DNA of 64,000 nucleotides from Eledone cirrhosa (GCA_964016885.1 OZ024742.1:151652001-151716000); one strand, 5' to 3'. Shown: positions 1 through 13,856, counted from the first letter of the stretch. Translations and numbers: made by a program. The notes: generated by a model from the letters alone, not told the origin.

Positions 1-25
1 AAGAAAGCCAGCACAGCCCAGCCAA

Positions 26-1454
26 ATGGAAATAGAGTTAGTCCTAAAAGACTATATGAAGAATATTCTCTTCATACGAAAGGACCGACTCTATGGCAGC
101 ATGTCGGTCCTAACAAGAGACAAAGAAACGGCGGAGAAGCTTTCCCTAAGCCCACTCTCGTCGACAACATATAGCTTCTATCCCTCCTACATGGGTAGAA
201 GAACACAGAGAGTAAAAGTAAAAACAATGCTGCCCACAATGGACTTCTGGTGGGCTATTGCTGGCTTCATTGATATGGGCGAAGACACAATGCTGTCAAT
301 GGGGAAGGCAACTGGAGATGCGTTCCTGGGAATGGGCCTCGACATACTAGTCCAAATGAGGCCCGAAAGAATAGCACAAATCCCGGATCGCATCTGGCTA
401 GATGACCTTACCCCAATAGACATAATTGTAGAGGGGAGAAGACCAGCATGCTATTTATGCATGGAAAGGGGACACGTTAAGGCTAACTGCCCGAAACGTA
501 TCCCCCAAAAAGGACTATTGCCCACACCCACCACAAACAGTACACGAACACCACCCACCTCCAAAAATACACTAATACCACACACAGCAAACAAAATACA
601 GACACCACCAACCACAAACACAACACAAACATCGCCACCACCAGCACCAAACACAAGCACGACACAAAAATCACCACCACCAACCACAACACAAACATCA
701 CCACCACCATCACCAACCACAAGCACGACACAAACATTACCACCACCACCACAAAACCCATTCCAAACAAATAATAAAAAAAACAGTAACAAATCTACCC
801 CTCCCGCAAAAAAAAAACAACCACACAACACGTCCCTCCCACCTAGCGCTGAAGAGTTTCCCCCAACTTCTGAAGAAGAAGGAGGAGAAGCCTTCAGACA
901 AGTTAAAAGAAAAAAAAGAAAACACACACCCAGCACACCACAAATAACCCACACACAAACACCAACTCCAATCAAAAACACCCCACCCTCAACAAACAAA
1001 AATAAATCTGCGCCTCCCCTCTCCGAAACATTGACAGCATCACAAAAAAAGACGTTGCAATACACATATATAAATAAAGAAAACAAAAAACTGGTTAAGT
1101 TAATAAACAATAACCCTATGGTGCAGACCGAAGGGCCAAACTTTATCTCAACAGAGAACTTCACCCATTTAAAAATGATAAAGGTCCCTCTGGACCTTTA
1201 TCGTTCCTTAAAAGAACAATTTAGACGGGACGTGAGCCCCCCCCTGTTTAAAACCGTTGAATCGCGTCCTCTTGAAAGATTTCCCCATAACCGCCCCTCT
1301 CCCTGACACAACTCCAAATACCCCAACCCCACCACACACGTGTACCCCCACACCACCACAAAACATCCCTCCACCCAACACACCTGATGCCATGGAAATT
1401 ACGCAACCCGGAGAGGTAAGTGCTTTTCTTTCTTCACTTTCAACACCAAAATAG
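26..1454 (+). pseudogene. Tx1 ORF1 (gag-like nucleic-acid-binding protein), frameshifted near C-terminus
   Basis: CYLCMERGHVKANC zinc knuckle, Pro/Thr-rich linker, KRKKRK. The C-terminal NRVLLK..P segment, in frame in copy D, is shifted into ORF 1257..1454 after a C-run near 1237-1244. Confidence 0.85.
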
Positions 1455-4400
1455 ATCAATTGAGAGTTGGCTGTTTGAACGCGCGTGGCCTGGGCTCAGC
1501 TTGGAAGCAAGCAAAGCTTCTAAGTGACCTCAGGTCACAAAGTATAGATGTGATGGTTGTTTGCAAGAGTCGGATCAGCAGCGTGAGACAGCTGGCGCTC
1601 GCCTTCGATGACTTTGAGATGCACGCATCTCTCTGTCAACCCGGAGGCGGGGGGGGGGGAGTTGCCGTACTGCTGGATAAACGTCTGACTCTCGACGTAC
1701 AGATTGTTCACTCGGACCCGGGGGGTCGATTACTGGTGCTGGACGTCGGAGGCGGTGAAGGCGGGGCTTTCAGACTGGTCGGTCTTTATGCTCCCTTCGG
1801 GGCGGAAAGAGCCGACTTCTTCCAGCGTCTGGAGACTTTTCTAGGAACGTCGCGTTCCCTGCTTTTAGTGGGGGACTGGAATAGAATCCTAGATGTGCGT
1901 TGGGACTATGCAGGGGCATGTCCCGATAGAGGGGGGTGTAGCAGCCTCAAGGGGTTACTCGATCGATTCGACCTGGTCGATAGATTTCGACTAGATTGTC
2001 CAACTGCGCCAACCTGGACCTGGGCAAACCGCAGTGGACAATCTAGATCGTACCTAGATAGGTTTTTGGTTAGGAGTAAGGATAGGGACGTATTTAGTTG
2101 TCCAGAACTGATCATGGTTGGCTATTCAGATCACAAATTAGTGACCTGCGTGGTCAACCTTGATAGAACGCATAGACAGGGTCCCGGTTACTGGAAGATG
2201 AACTTGTCCTTACCGACAAAGAAAGATTACAGAAACCGGATTAGTAGCTTAGTTAAGATGCGGTTGACGGGAGCGATCGTCAACAGTAGGTGGTGGATAT
2301 CTCTAAAGAGAGAGATTAGAGTAAGTTCGATAGGTTACAGTAAGGAAATAACGGCGAATAGAAATAGGAGGGAAAGGGAGTTAACAGATAAACTAGAAGA
2401 GGCGATTAGGAGCGGAGACGTAGCCAGAGTGTTAGCGACGAGAACGGCATTGAGCCAGTTCTTTGACGCGAAGCACGAAGGCTGCGTTGTCCGAAGTAAA
2501 ATACGTGCTTTAGGAAACGAGGGGACCAAAGCTGTTAGCTGGGCCCGCGTGACAGAAGCCAAGAGTGGGATTAAATCCACCATTCGGTCTTTGCGAGACC
2601 AGGATGGACGGGTGATCCTTGAACCTGAGCGAATGTGCGAGACCTTTCAAAGGCACTTTGCTCGACTGTTCGGAGGTGGCAGGGGGCCGGACGGGGATGT
2701 GGACTTCGGTCCATACCTCGACGGTCTACCGCGTCTTTCGAGCGGCGAAGCGGAGTGCTGCGAAAGGCCAATCACAGCCACTGAAATCGGGGAAGCGCTC
2801 AGCCAATGCAGCAGACGCAAATCCCCGGGTCTCGATGGTCTACCATACGAACTTTATTTAGCTATGCCGGTCTTGTTCTCCGAACTCCTCGAGGCTGTCT
2901 ATTGCAACTGGCAACAGAACGGGAGAATTCCCTGTTCTGTGACCAAGGGCGTGGTCACGCTAGTGAGGAAGGACGAGAGCAAGGGGGACGACTTAAGTAA
3001 CTTTAGGCCCATAACTCTGCTGAATGCAGAGTTACAGATTTTGGCCAAGGTGTTGGCGAAGAGGTTGGCGCTTGTGGTGGGTGGTTTGGTGGGAGACGCG
3101 CAGACATGCGCTATCCCGTCCAGATCCATTCACGACAACCTCCACCTCATGCGATACATCATAGAGAGGGTTGGCTACGAACCCGGCTTTGGTGGGGCCC
3201 TGATCAACTTGGATCAATCTAAGGCGTTCGATAGGGTCGACCATGGTTACCTGGATGCGGTGCTAGCGGCGGCGGGCTTCGGACCCGTTTTCAGGGGCTG
3301 GATTTCTGCCATGCACAGTGGCAACATCTACTCTAGGATTAAAGTAAACGGCTACCTCTCGGAGCCGTTTTAAATCACCCGATCCATCAGACAGGGGTGC
3401 CCCCTCTCCTCCCTTCTGTACGTATTGACTCTCGAGCCACTGCTGCGGAAGTTGGAGTTGCTGCTGGAACCGGGATTGCACAAAGCGGTCTCGGCCTATG
3501 CCGACGACGTAACAGTAATGGTGGCGGACGCCTCGGAAATCGGGGCGATCGCCACCCTACTGGAGGAATACGAAAGGCTGACGGGGGCTAAGCTGAACCA
3601 GGACAAGTCAGTCGGTTTGCAACTCGGAACGTGGAGGGGCAAACCGATGCCGTTAGACGGTGTCGTCGGGCGGTGGACGGAGGGCCCGGTGAAGCTGCTC
3701 GGGGTCTGGTTCGGACCGGACCTCCAGGTGGAGAAGAATTGGGGCGAGGTGACGAGCAGGGTGTTTGCGCTGACCCAGAAGTGGGCCAAGTGCAAACTAT
3801 CACTGAAAGGTCGGGCGGAGGTGACGAACGCTTACATAGCGTCCGTCATCTACTACCGCCTGACCGTCGTGCCTTGCCCTAAGGAAAAGCTCACCATCAT
3901 GGAACGCATGCTCTTCCAGTTCCTCTGGAAGAAGCGGCCTCCCATGGTGAGGAGATCCATCTGCTGCCAGCACCCTTCGAAAGGAGGGCTGGGTATGCCG
4001 TGGCTGTTGATGCGTAGGCACGCATTGAGGCTACGGCATCTACAGGTATTCCTCAACGGTCAGCCGGTGTGGGCCCCGTTTGTGAGGTGAGCCTTCCCAC
4101 AGCTCGTCTCGCTTACCGAACTGCAATCCTGGGTGAAGCAAAGACCGAGAAAACTGGGCAACTGGCACACCGAGTGTGCCCAGGCGCTCACGGCTATCTG
4201 GCAAGCGGACCCGACTGTCAGTGGAGAATCCACCTCGACATTCTATAGAGGGTTGGTGGCTAGCAGGGGCGACGACACCCTTGGAGAGTCGCTAGGCATG
4301 GAGGAGGACGAACTGGCCAGCCTGTTCGGTAGAACTTTCGGCCCGGGACCCATGGACAACTTCCAGAGGTCCCTAGCCTGGCAGTGTTACCGGGGGGCTC

Positions 4401-4879
4401 TGCCCGTTCGAGAAAAGCTCTACAGACACGGGCGCCCGGGCAGGGATCCCGCGAAAAAGATCTGTCCCAGATGCGTGCGCGACGAGGAAACCGTTGCGCA
4501 TGCACTGGTACACTGCCCGGGCGTTGCCGATCTGTGGGGCTACGTCGAACGACTGCTGTCGCGTGTGGCGCCGATTCAATTAACCGCCGAGTCTGTGGTG
4601 AACATCAAGCCACCTCCTCCCTTCAGAAATGAAGCAGAGGCGGTCTTTCTGTGCGTAATAGCCATGATGAAAGAGGTTGTGTGGTGGACGCGCCTGAAAG
4701 GTCTGAGGTCGGGTGACTTTCTCTCCGGCCATCACCTGGTTTACTTCTTCCGATACCACTTCGGAAGAAGAATCAGGATGGAGAGAGAAGTGCTTGGTCC
4801 CAGACAGTTTTATGAAAGGTGGGGGAAAGAAGCGAGAATGGCCCGTGTAAATGGGCCTTCTCTCTACATTGTTCTGTAG
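1451..4879 (+). pseudogene. Tx1 ORF2 (APE endonuclease-reverse transcriptase), disrupted
   Basis: LNARGL, GDWN, SDH, KSPGLDG, FRPITLLN, KAFDRV, QGCPLS, YADD, CPRC..ETVAH motifs. ATA at 1451 replaces the start ATG; stops TAA 3371-3373 and TGA 4088-4090; QGIPL codons deleted relative to copies B and D. Confidence 0.92.
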
Positions 4880-5110
4880 GTGAAGAAGTGAAGAGGAAAG
4901 GGGGAGCGCCTCCTCTCTGGGCTTCCCCCGCGAAAAGAGTTGCACACTTTTCGGGGGTATGTGCAATCCCCAACACGCCCCCTCCCTTTTGAGGACTTTT
5001 TATTGTTATATTATTATTGTTATTCCTTTTTTCTTTACTCGATTTATGTAAACTCCCCCACTGTGTAAATGTCCCCTTCTTTTGTGCCCTCGTGGCAAAT
5101 AAATAGAAAT

Positions 5111-6970
<1,860 letters not shown>

Positions 6971-6972
<2 letters not shown>

Positions 6973-7959
6973 GGGCGCCTGGCACACTGAGTGTGCCCAG
7001 GCGCTCACCGCCCTCTGGCAGGCGGATCCTGTTATCAGTGGAGACTCCACCGCAACATTCTATAGAGGGCTGGTACGCAGCAGGTGCGACGACGCCCTCG
7101 GAGAAGCCCTAGACATGGAGGAGGACGAACTGGCCAGCCTGTTCGGTAGGACATTCAGCCCGGGACCTATGGACAACTTCCAGAAGTCCCTGGCCTGGCA
7201 GTGCTACCGAGGGGCTTTACCCGTTCGAGAAAGGCTCTACAGACACGGGCGCCCGGGTAGGGACCCCGCCAAAAAGATCTGTCCCAGATGCGTGTGCGAC
7301 GAGGAAACCGTTGACACGCATTGGTACACTGCTCGGGCGTAGCCGATCTGTGGGGCTATGTCGAACAACTGCTGTCAAGGGTGGGACCGATCCGGTTGAC
7401 CACCGAGTATATTGTAATGATCAAGCCGCCTCCCCCCTTCAAAGATGAAGCAGAGGCGGTGTTTCTGTGCGTAATAGCCATGGCGAAAGAGGTTGTATGG
7501 TGGACGCGTCTGAAAGGACTGAGGTCAGGCACCTTTCTCTCTGGCCAACAACTGGTCCGTTTCTTCCGATATCATTTCGGAAGAAGGATCAGGGTGGAGA
7601 GAGAGGTGCTGCACCCCAGCCGTTTCTATGAAAGATGGGTGAAAGTGGCGAGAATGGCCCGTGTGAATGGGCCTTCACTCTACATCAGACTATAGGTGAG
7701 GAAGATGAAAGACCAAGGGAGCACCCCTTCTCTGTGCTCCTGAGGAGAAGGGTTGCACACTTTTTTCGGGGGTGTGTGCGACCCTCCAAGGCGCCTCCTC
7801 TCTATTGAGGATTTTGTTAAAAATTTTATTTTTTGTTATATCTTATTTTATTTTTATATTTTGTTATTGCCTCCTCCCTATTGAGGACGCCTTTTTGTGT
7901 AAACTCCCCCCTTTGTACTTGTCCCACTTTTGATGCCGTAGTGGCAAATAAAAGAAACA

Positions 7960-8011
<52 letters not shown>
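6971..8011 (+). mobile_element. Tx1 copy C, 5'-truncated, near-identical to the 3' ~1 kb of copy B
   Basis: Matches ~5966-6956 with few changes, including a 1-nt deletion near 7314; ends in (ATCT)n 7961-8011. Confidence 0.92.
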
Positions 8012-8241
8012 AATCTAGCTGTCGTCTGTTCTACAGTGTGGATGTCATTCACTTCGCACAGAAGTTTTGTTCAAATTTATTGAGGAAATTTTGTGAGTTC
8101 AAACTTAATTTTGATACAATTGTGTAGCTTGACCCTCCGTCTGAACTGTCAGGCGGTGGGTCAGCTCATCTTTACCCCTCCTAGAGGTGAAAAACCTGTT
8201 TTAAAAAATTTTGTGTAAAAAATTTCAATCGTCTAACAGAA

Positions 8242-10122
8242 ATGTTAAACGCAGCGAACGAAAATAGTGGTGGGGGGACAGCGGTAAGAGTTGTAAGCTC
8301 GCACGCTTTAGTCCTCCCTTCCTTCCCAACTAACGTCATAGAGAAGGAAGGAAAAATGAAAATAAAAACGGACGAATCTGCGGAGGAAAAAAAATTAAAT
8401 GACGAAAACAACGAAAAAAAAAAATTTGAAAAATTGCATGACAATACTAATAACACAAACAAAGACACAACAAACAAAAAAATAACAGTTGAAAATAACA
8501 TAATATCAGAAAACAAAGCAGACGACAAGATTTCTTTTGCACAGAAAACAAAGAAATCTTTGACTTATATAGCGGAAAACATTTCAGATGTGGTACGAAG
8601 GATCACGGACGCAAAACAATACATAAGTGAAGGTGAGAATGGTATTTTATTGGTAAAAATGCCTCAAGAATTCACGAAAGACATTGAAAGCCGAACGGTC
8701 AAGTTTCGGACCATCAACAACAGTACAAAAAAACCTGAACAGCCTTCTCAAGCAGATATCAAAACAGTACTCGCAGAAGTACTGAATGAAACAACTTTCA
8801 TAAAAAAAGACAGACTGTATGGAAGCCTAGCAATTATCATGAAGAACGAATCGGCGGCAAAAAAATGTGCTTTGTCACCGATTCGTTCGAAAAATTTCAC
8901 CTTTTATCCATCTTATATGGGGAAAAAAACTCAACGCATATGGCTGGATGCAATGATGCCAGATGTGGACTACTGCTGGCTCATAGCTGGCTTCATCGAT
9001 CCAGTGAATGACAACGTGATTTCCATTGGGAAAACCACAGGCAATGCGTTCAGTGGAACAGGTATAGAGCTGGTAGTACAAATGAAGCCTGAACGCATCG
9101 CCCAAATACCCGACAGAATCCTATTAGAGGACCACGGGTATATAAACATTAGCGTGGAGGGGAGAAGGCCGTCCTGCCATATCTGTGCAGGCAGAGGGCA
9201 CCTGAAGGCCGCTTGTCCCCAACTCAACAAAAAGAAAACCCTGCTACCAACACCAGCTCCACCACCACCACCACAACAGATAAACAAACAACAAAACTCA
9301 GTCCCACCCAACCCGTCCCTCAGTAACACCACAACACCACCACAACACAAACAGTCACAACACATTACCCCAAAACAAAATACAGGCCCACCCAACCTCT
9401 CACTCAATAAAACAACACAACCACCGCAGACACAACACACAACACAGTCTAACATAGTGACATCCATCTCCCCCACAAAGAAAACCAACACGGAAACATT
9501 ACCAGCAAACATACCTCTTCCCTCCAACACTGAAGATAACCCAACGAATTCGGAGGAAGAAACGGAGTCCTTCAGACAGATTAAAAGGAAAAAAAGAAAA
9601 CATGTGCAAAACACACAAGGACAAACAACCCCCACCCAAATCGCAACACAATCTAACAAAACAGAAAACACCCCTCCAGCAACAAACAAAACCAAACCTG
9701 CCCCTCCCCTCTTCGAAACACTCACACCATCGGAAAAAAAGACATTACACTATACTTACATCAACAGAAACAATAATAAATTAAATGAACTCATATACAA
9801 TAATCCTTCGGTACAAACCGAAGGTGTAAACTTTGTTTCATCAGAAAACCACCCACATTTAAAACTAATAAAAATCCCAATGAACCTCTACCAAAAACTA
9901 AAAAAGGATTTTAAGGAGGACGTAGGACCACCCTCTGTCAAACCCATAAACCGCGTCCTACTAAAAAGCTTTCCCCCTCCCCTTCCCCTCCCCAACACAA
10001 CTCCAAACACCCCAACCCCACCACACACCGACGACCCCACACCACCACAAGACACCCCTTCACCCAACACCCCCGACCCCATGGAAGTCGTGCAACCCGA
10101 ACCCCGGGAAGCGGAAAGGTAG
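8242..10122 (+). CDS. Tx1 ORF1 protein (CCHC zinc knuckle, low-complexity linker, conserved C-terminal domain)
   Basis: Uninterrupted 626-aa ORF; CHICAGRGHLKAAC; KRKKRK; homologous to ORF1 of copies A and E. Confidence 0.9.
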   Translation: MLNAANENSGGGTAVRVVSSHALVLPSFPTNVIEKEGKMKIKTDESAEEKKLNDENNEKKKFEKLHDNTNNTNKDTTNKKITVENNIISENKADDKISFAQKTKKSLTYIAENISDVVRRITDAKQYISEGENGILLVKMPQEFTKDIESRTVKFRTINNSTKKPEQPSQADIKTVLAEVLNETTFIKKDRLYGSLAIIMKNESAAKKCALSPIRSKNFTFYPSYMGKKTQRIWLDAMMPDVDYCWLIAGFIDPVNDNVISIGKTTGNAFSGTGIELVVQMKPERIAQIPDRILLEDHGYINISVEGRRPSCHICAGRGHLKAACPQLNKKKTLLPTPAPPPPPQQINKQQNSVPPNPSLSNTTTPPQHKQSQHITPKQNTGPPNLSLNKTTQPPQTQHTTQSNIVTSISPTKKTNTETLPANIPLPSNTEDNPTNSEEETESFRQIKRKKRKHVQNTQGQTTPTQIATQSNKTENTPPATNKTKPAPPLFETLTPSEKKTLHYTYINRNNNKLNELIYNNPSVQTEGVNFVSSENHPHLKLIKIPMNLYQKLKKDFKEDVGPPSVKPINRVLLKSFPPPLPLPNTTPNTPTPPHTDDPTPPQDTPSPNTPDPMEVVQPEPREAER

Positions 10123-10155
10123 GTCTCTACACTCTCCTTTGGCTCTGCCGCCCAC

Positions 10156-13100
10156 ATGGATGTGTTAAGAGTAGGATGTTTGAATGCACGTGGCCTGGGC
10201 TCAACTTGGAAGCAAGCAAAGCTTCTAAATGACCTCAGGTCATGTAGTATAAATGTAATGGTTATCTGTGAGACTCGAATCAGCGTCATGCGGCAGCTGG
10301 CCCCCACCTTCGATGACTTTGAGGTGCATGCATCTCTCTGTCAACCTGGAGGTGGGGGTGGGGTTGTCGTGCTGCTGCAAAAACACCTGGGTCTTGCCGT
10401 ACAGGTTGTGCACTCGGACTCGGAGGGTCGTTTGTTGGTGCTAGACGTTGGCAGTAGTGAAAGTGCGGCCTTGAGACTGGTCGCCGTCTACTCCCCTTTC
10501 GGAGCTGAACGGCCCGACTTCTTCCAGCGTTTGGAGACTTTTCTGGGAACGTCGCGTTCCCTGCTTCTAGCGGGGGATTGGAATGACATCCTAGATGCAC
10601 GTTGGGACTATGCAGGAGCATGTCCTAATAGAGGGGGGTGTAACAGCCTCAAGGGGTTACTCGACCGTTTTAACTTGGTCGATAGATATCGACTAGATTT
10701 TCCAACTGTGCCTACCTGGACTTGGAGAAACCACAGTGGTCAATCTAGATCGTACTTAGATAGATTCTTAGTTAGAAGTAAGGATAGGGACATATTAAGC
10801 TGTCCAGAAATGCGCACGGTTGGCTACACGGATCACAAATTAGTGACCTGCGTGGTCAATCTCGAGAAAACACATAGACAGGGTCCCGGTTACTGGAAAC
10901 TTAATTTGTCTTTACCGGCAAAAGAGACTTACAGAAACCGGATTAGCAGATTAGTTAAGGAGAGGTTGACGGGTGCAATCGTCAACAACCGATGGTGGGC
11001 ATCTCTCAAAAGAGAGATTAGAACAGAATCAATAAGTTATAGCAAGATGTTAGCTGCCAATAGGAATAGAAACGAGAAAGAATTAACAGGTAAATTAGAA
11101 GAGGCAATCAAGAGCGAAGATGTGGCCAGAGTGCTGGCATCGAGGACGGCCTTGAACCAGTTTTTCGATGCAAAGCATGAAGGCTGCGTCATTCGAAGTA
11201 AAATACGTGCTCTAGGTAATGAGGGGGCCAAAGCCGTTGGATGGGCCCGCGTGACAGAAGCTAAAAGTGGAAATCGATCCACCATCCGGTCGTTGCAAGA
11301 CGAAGATGGACGAGTGATCCGGGAGCCTAAGCAGATGTGCGAGGCCTTTCAAAAGCACTTTGCCCGATTGTTCGGGGGAGGCGAGGGTCCGGGCCGGGGC
11401 GTGGATTTCGGTCCATACCTCGACGGCCTGCCGCGTCTCTCGAACAAAGAGGCAGAGTCCTGCGAGGGACCAATCTCGGCTGATGAGATCGGAGATGCGC
11501 TGAGCCAATGCAGCAGACGCAAATCTCCAGGTCTCGATGGTATACCTTACGAACTTTATTTAGCAATGCCGGTCTTCTTCTCCGAACTCCTCGAAGCGGT
11601 CTACTGCAATTGGCAGCAGAACGGGAGAATTCCTTGTTCTGTAGCCAAGGGCGTAGTCACGCTGGTGAGGAAGGACGAGAACAAGGGGGATAGTATAAAT
11701 AATTTTCGGCCCATAACCCTGCTAAACACAGAGTTAAAGATTTTGGCCAAGGTGTTAGCAAAGAGGTTGGCGCTTGTCGTGGGTGGCCTGGTGGGAGATG
11801 CGCAGACATGTGCTATCCCATCCAGGTCCATTCACGATAACCTCCACCTCATGCGATACATCATAGAGAGGGTTGGCAACAAACCCGGCTTCGGTGGGGC
11901 CCTGATCAACTTGGATCAGTCTAAGGCCTTCGATAGGGTCGACCATGGTTACCTGGATGCGGTGCTAGCGGCGGCTGGGTTCGGTCCTGTTTTCAGAGGC
12001 TGGATCACTGCCCTACATAGCAACCACATCTGTTCTAGGATCAAGGTGAACGGCTACCTTTCGAAGCCGTTCGAAATCACACGATCCATTCGACAGGGGT
12101 GCCCTCTCTCCTCCCTTCTGTACGTATTGACTCTCGAGCCTTTACTGAGGAAGTTGGAGTTGTTGCAGGGTATCCCCCTGGAACCAGGATTGAGCAAAGC
12201 GGTGTCGGCCTACGCCGATGACGTAACAGTAATGGTATCAACCGACTCGGAGATCGAGGCGATCGGTACCTTACTGGAGGAGTACGAAAGGTTGTCAGGA
12301 GCGAAACTGAACCGGGAAAAATCCATCGGGCTGCAACTCGGAACGTGGAGAGGCAAACCGATGCCTCCTGACGGTGTCGTCGGACACTGGACGGAGGGCC
12401 CGGTAAAGTTGCTTGGGGTCTGGTTTGGACCGGACCTCCAGGTGGAAAAGAACTGGAACGAGGTTACGAACAAGGTGTTTGCACTAACCCAGAAATGGGC
12501 CAAGTGTAAGCTGTCCCTAAAAGGCCGGGCGGAGGTGGCGAACATTTACATAGCGTCCGTCACTTACTACCGCCTGACTGTCGTGCCTTGCCCTAAGGAA
12601 ACACTCACCACCATGGAACGCATGCTCTTCCAATTTCTTTGGAAGAAGCGTCCTCCTATGGTGAGAAGATCCATCTGCTGCCAACAACCTTCGAAAGGAG
12701 GGCTGGGGATGCCGTGGTTGATGATGCGTAGGCACGCATTAAGGCTACGGCACCTACAGGTATTCCTCACTGGTCAACCGGTGTGGGCTCCGTTCGTGAA
12801 ACGAGCCTTTCCGAGACTCGTCTCACTCACCGAGCTACAGTCCTGGGTCAAGCAAAGATCCGGAAAACTGGGAGACTGGCACACTGAGTGTGCTCAGGCG
12901 CTCAGGGCTCTCTGGCAAGCGGGCCGGGCCATCGGTGGAGAATCCACCTCATCATTCTATAGAGGGCTGGTGGCTAGCAGGGGCGATGACACCCTTGGAG
13001 AGTCGCTGGACATGGAAGAAGACGAACTGGCCAGCCTGTTCGGTAGGACTTTCGGCCCAGGACCAATGGACAACTTCCAGAAGTCACTGGCCTGGCAGTG

Positions 13101-13593
13101 CTACCGAGGGGCTCTACCCGTTCGAGAGAGGCTCTACAGACACGGGCGCCCGGGCAGGGATCCCTCAAAAAAGATTTGCCCTAGATGCGTGCGTCACGAA
13201 GAAACCGTGGCGCACGCATTGGTGCAATGTCCGGGCGTGGCTGATCTGTGGGGCTACGCCGAACAACTGCTGTCGCGGGTGGCGCCGATTAAATTGACCG
13301 CCGAGTCCGTGATGACAATCAAACCGCCTCCCCTCTTCACAAAGGAAGCAAAGGCGGTTTTTCTGTGCGTAATAGCCATGTTGAAAGAGGTTGTTTGGTG
13401 GACACGATTGAAAGGTCTGAGGTCAGGCAACTTCCTCTCTGGCCATAGTCTGGTCTACTTCTTCCGATATCACTTCGGAAGAAGGATAAGAATGGAGAGA
13501 GAGGTGCTTGGCCACAGGCAGTTTTATGAAAGGTGGGTGATAGTGGCGAGAATGGCTCGTGTAAATGGGCCTTCTCTGTATACCATCCTGTAG
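10156..13593 (+). CDS. Tx1 ORF2 protein: APE endonuclease + reverse transcriptase + C-terminal Cys/His domain
   Basis: Uninterrupted 1145 aa with LNARGL, ETR, GDWN, YLDRF, TDH, WKLN, KSPGLDG, KAFDRV, RQGCPLS, YADD, GGLG, CPRC-ETVAHALVQC. Confidence 0.96.
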   Translation: MDVLRVGCLNARGLGSTWKQAKLLNDLRSCSINVMVICETRISVMRQLAPTFDDFEVHASLCQPGGGGGVVVLLQKHLGLAVQVVHSDSEGRLLVLDVGSSESAALRLVAVYSPFGAERPDFFQRLETFLGTSRSLLLAGDWNDILDARWDYAGACPNRGGCNSLKGLLDRFNLVDRYRLDFPTVPTWTWRNHSGQSRSYLDRFLVRSKDRDILSCPEMRTVGYTDHKLVTCVVNLEKTHRQGPGYWKLNLSLPAKETYRNRISRLVKERLTGAIVNNRWWASLKREIRTESISYSKMLAANRNRNEKELTGKLEEAIKSEDVARVLASRTALNQFFDAKHEGCVIRSKIRALGNEGAKAVGWARVTEAKSGNRSTIRSLQDEDGRVIREPKQMCEAFQKHFARLFGGGEGPGRGVDFGPYLDGLPRLSNKEAESCEGPISADEIGDALSQCSRRKSPGLDGIPYELYLAMPVFFSELLEAVYCNWQQNGRIPCSVAKGVVTLVRKDENKGDSINNFRPITLLNTELKILAKVLAKRLALVVGGLVGDAQTCAIPSRSIHDNLHLMRYIIERVGNKPGFGGALINLDQSKAFDRVDHGYLDAVLAAAGFGPVFRGWITALHSNHICSRIKVNGYLSKPFEITRSIRQGCPLSSLLYVLTLEPLLRKLELLQGIPLEPGLSKAVSAYADDVTVMVSTDSEIEAIGTLLEEYERLSGAKLNREKSIGLQLGTWRGKPMPPDGVVGHWTEGPVKLLGVWFGPDLQVEKNWNEVTNKVFALTQKWAKCKLSLKGRAEVANIYIASVTYYRLTVVPCPKETLTTMERMLFQFLWKKRPPMVRRSICCQQPSKGGLGMPWLMMRRHALRLRHLQVFLTGQPVWAPFVKRAFPRLVSLTELQSWVKQRSGKLGDWHTECAQALRALWQAGRAIGGESTSSFYRGLVASRGDDTLGESLDMEEDELASLFGRTFGPGPMDNFQKSLAWQCYRGALPVRERLYRHGRPGRDPSKKICPRCVRHEETVAHALVQCPGVADLWGYAEQLLSRVAPIKLTAESVMTIKPPPLFTKEAKAVFLCVIAMLKEVVWWTRLKGLRSGNFLSGHSLVYFFRYHFGRRIRMEREVLGHRQFYERWVIVARMARVNGPSLYTIL

Positions 13594-13807
13594 GTAAAGA
13601 AGTAAAGGAGAGGGGAACACCTTCTCCATGTGCTCCCCGGGCAAAGGATTGCACACTTTTTCGGGGGTGTGTGCAACCCCCATCACGTCCCCTCCCTTTT
13701 GAGGTTATTTTCGATTATTTTCATGTTACACCCTTTTTACTCGATTATATGTAAACTCCCCCTTTGTATTTGTCCCTTCTTTTTATGCCTTTATGGTAAA
13801 TAAAGAA

Positions 13808-13856
<49 letters not shown>

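Larger units (their letters stand above)
8012..13856 (+). mobile_element. Tx1 copy D, apparently full-length with two intact ORFs
   Basis: ~230-nt 5' UTR, ORF1 626 aa, 33-nt spacer, ORF2 1145 aa, ~215-nt 3' UTR; flanked by (ATCT)n on both sides. Confidence 0.95.

Noticed and set aside
451-1164. Antisense ORFs over Tx1 ORF1/ORF2 (also 8970..9725 and recurrent 70-110-aa ORFs)
   Set aside because: Explained by C/A-rich or GC-rich sense coding; recurrence reflects copy homology, not independent selection.
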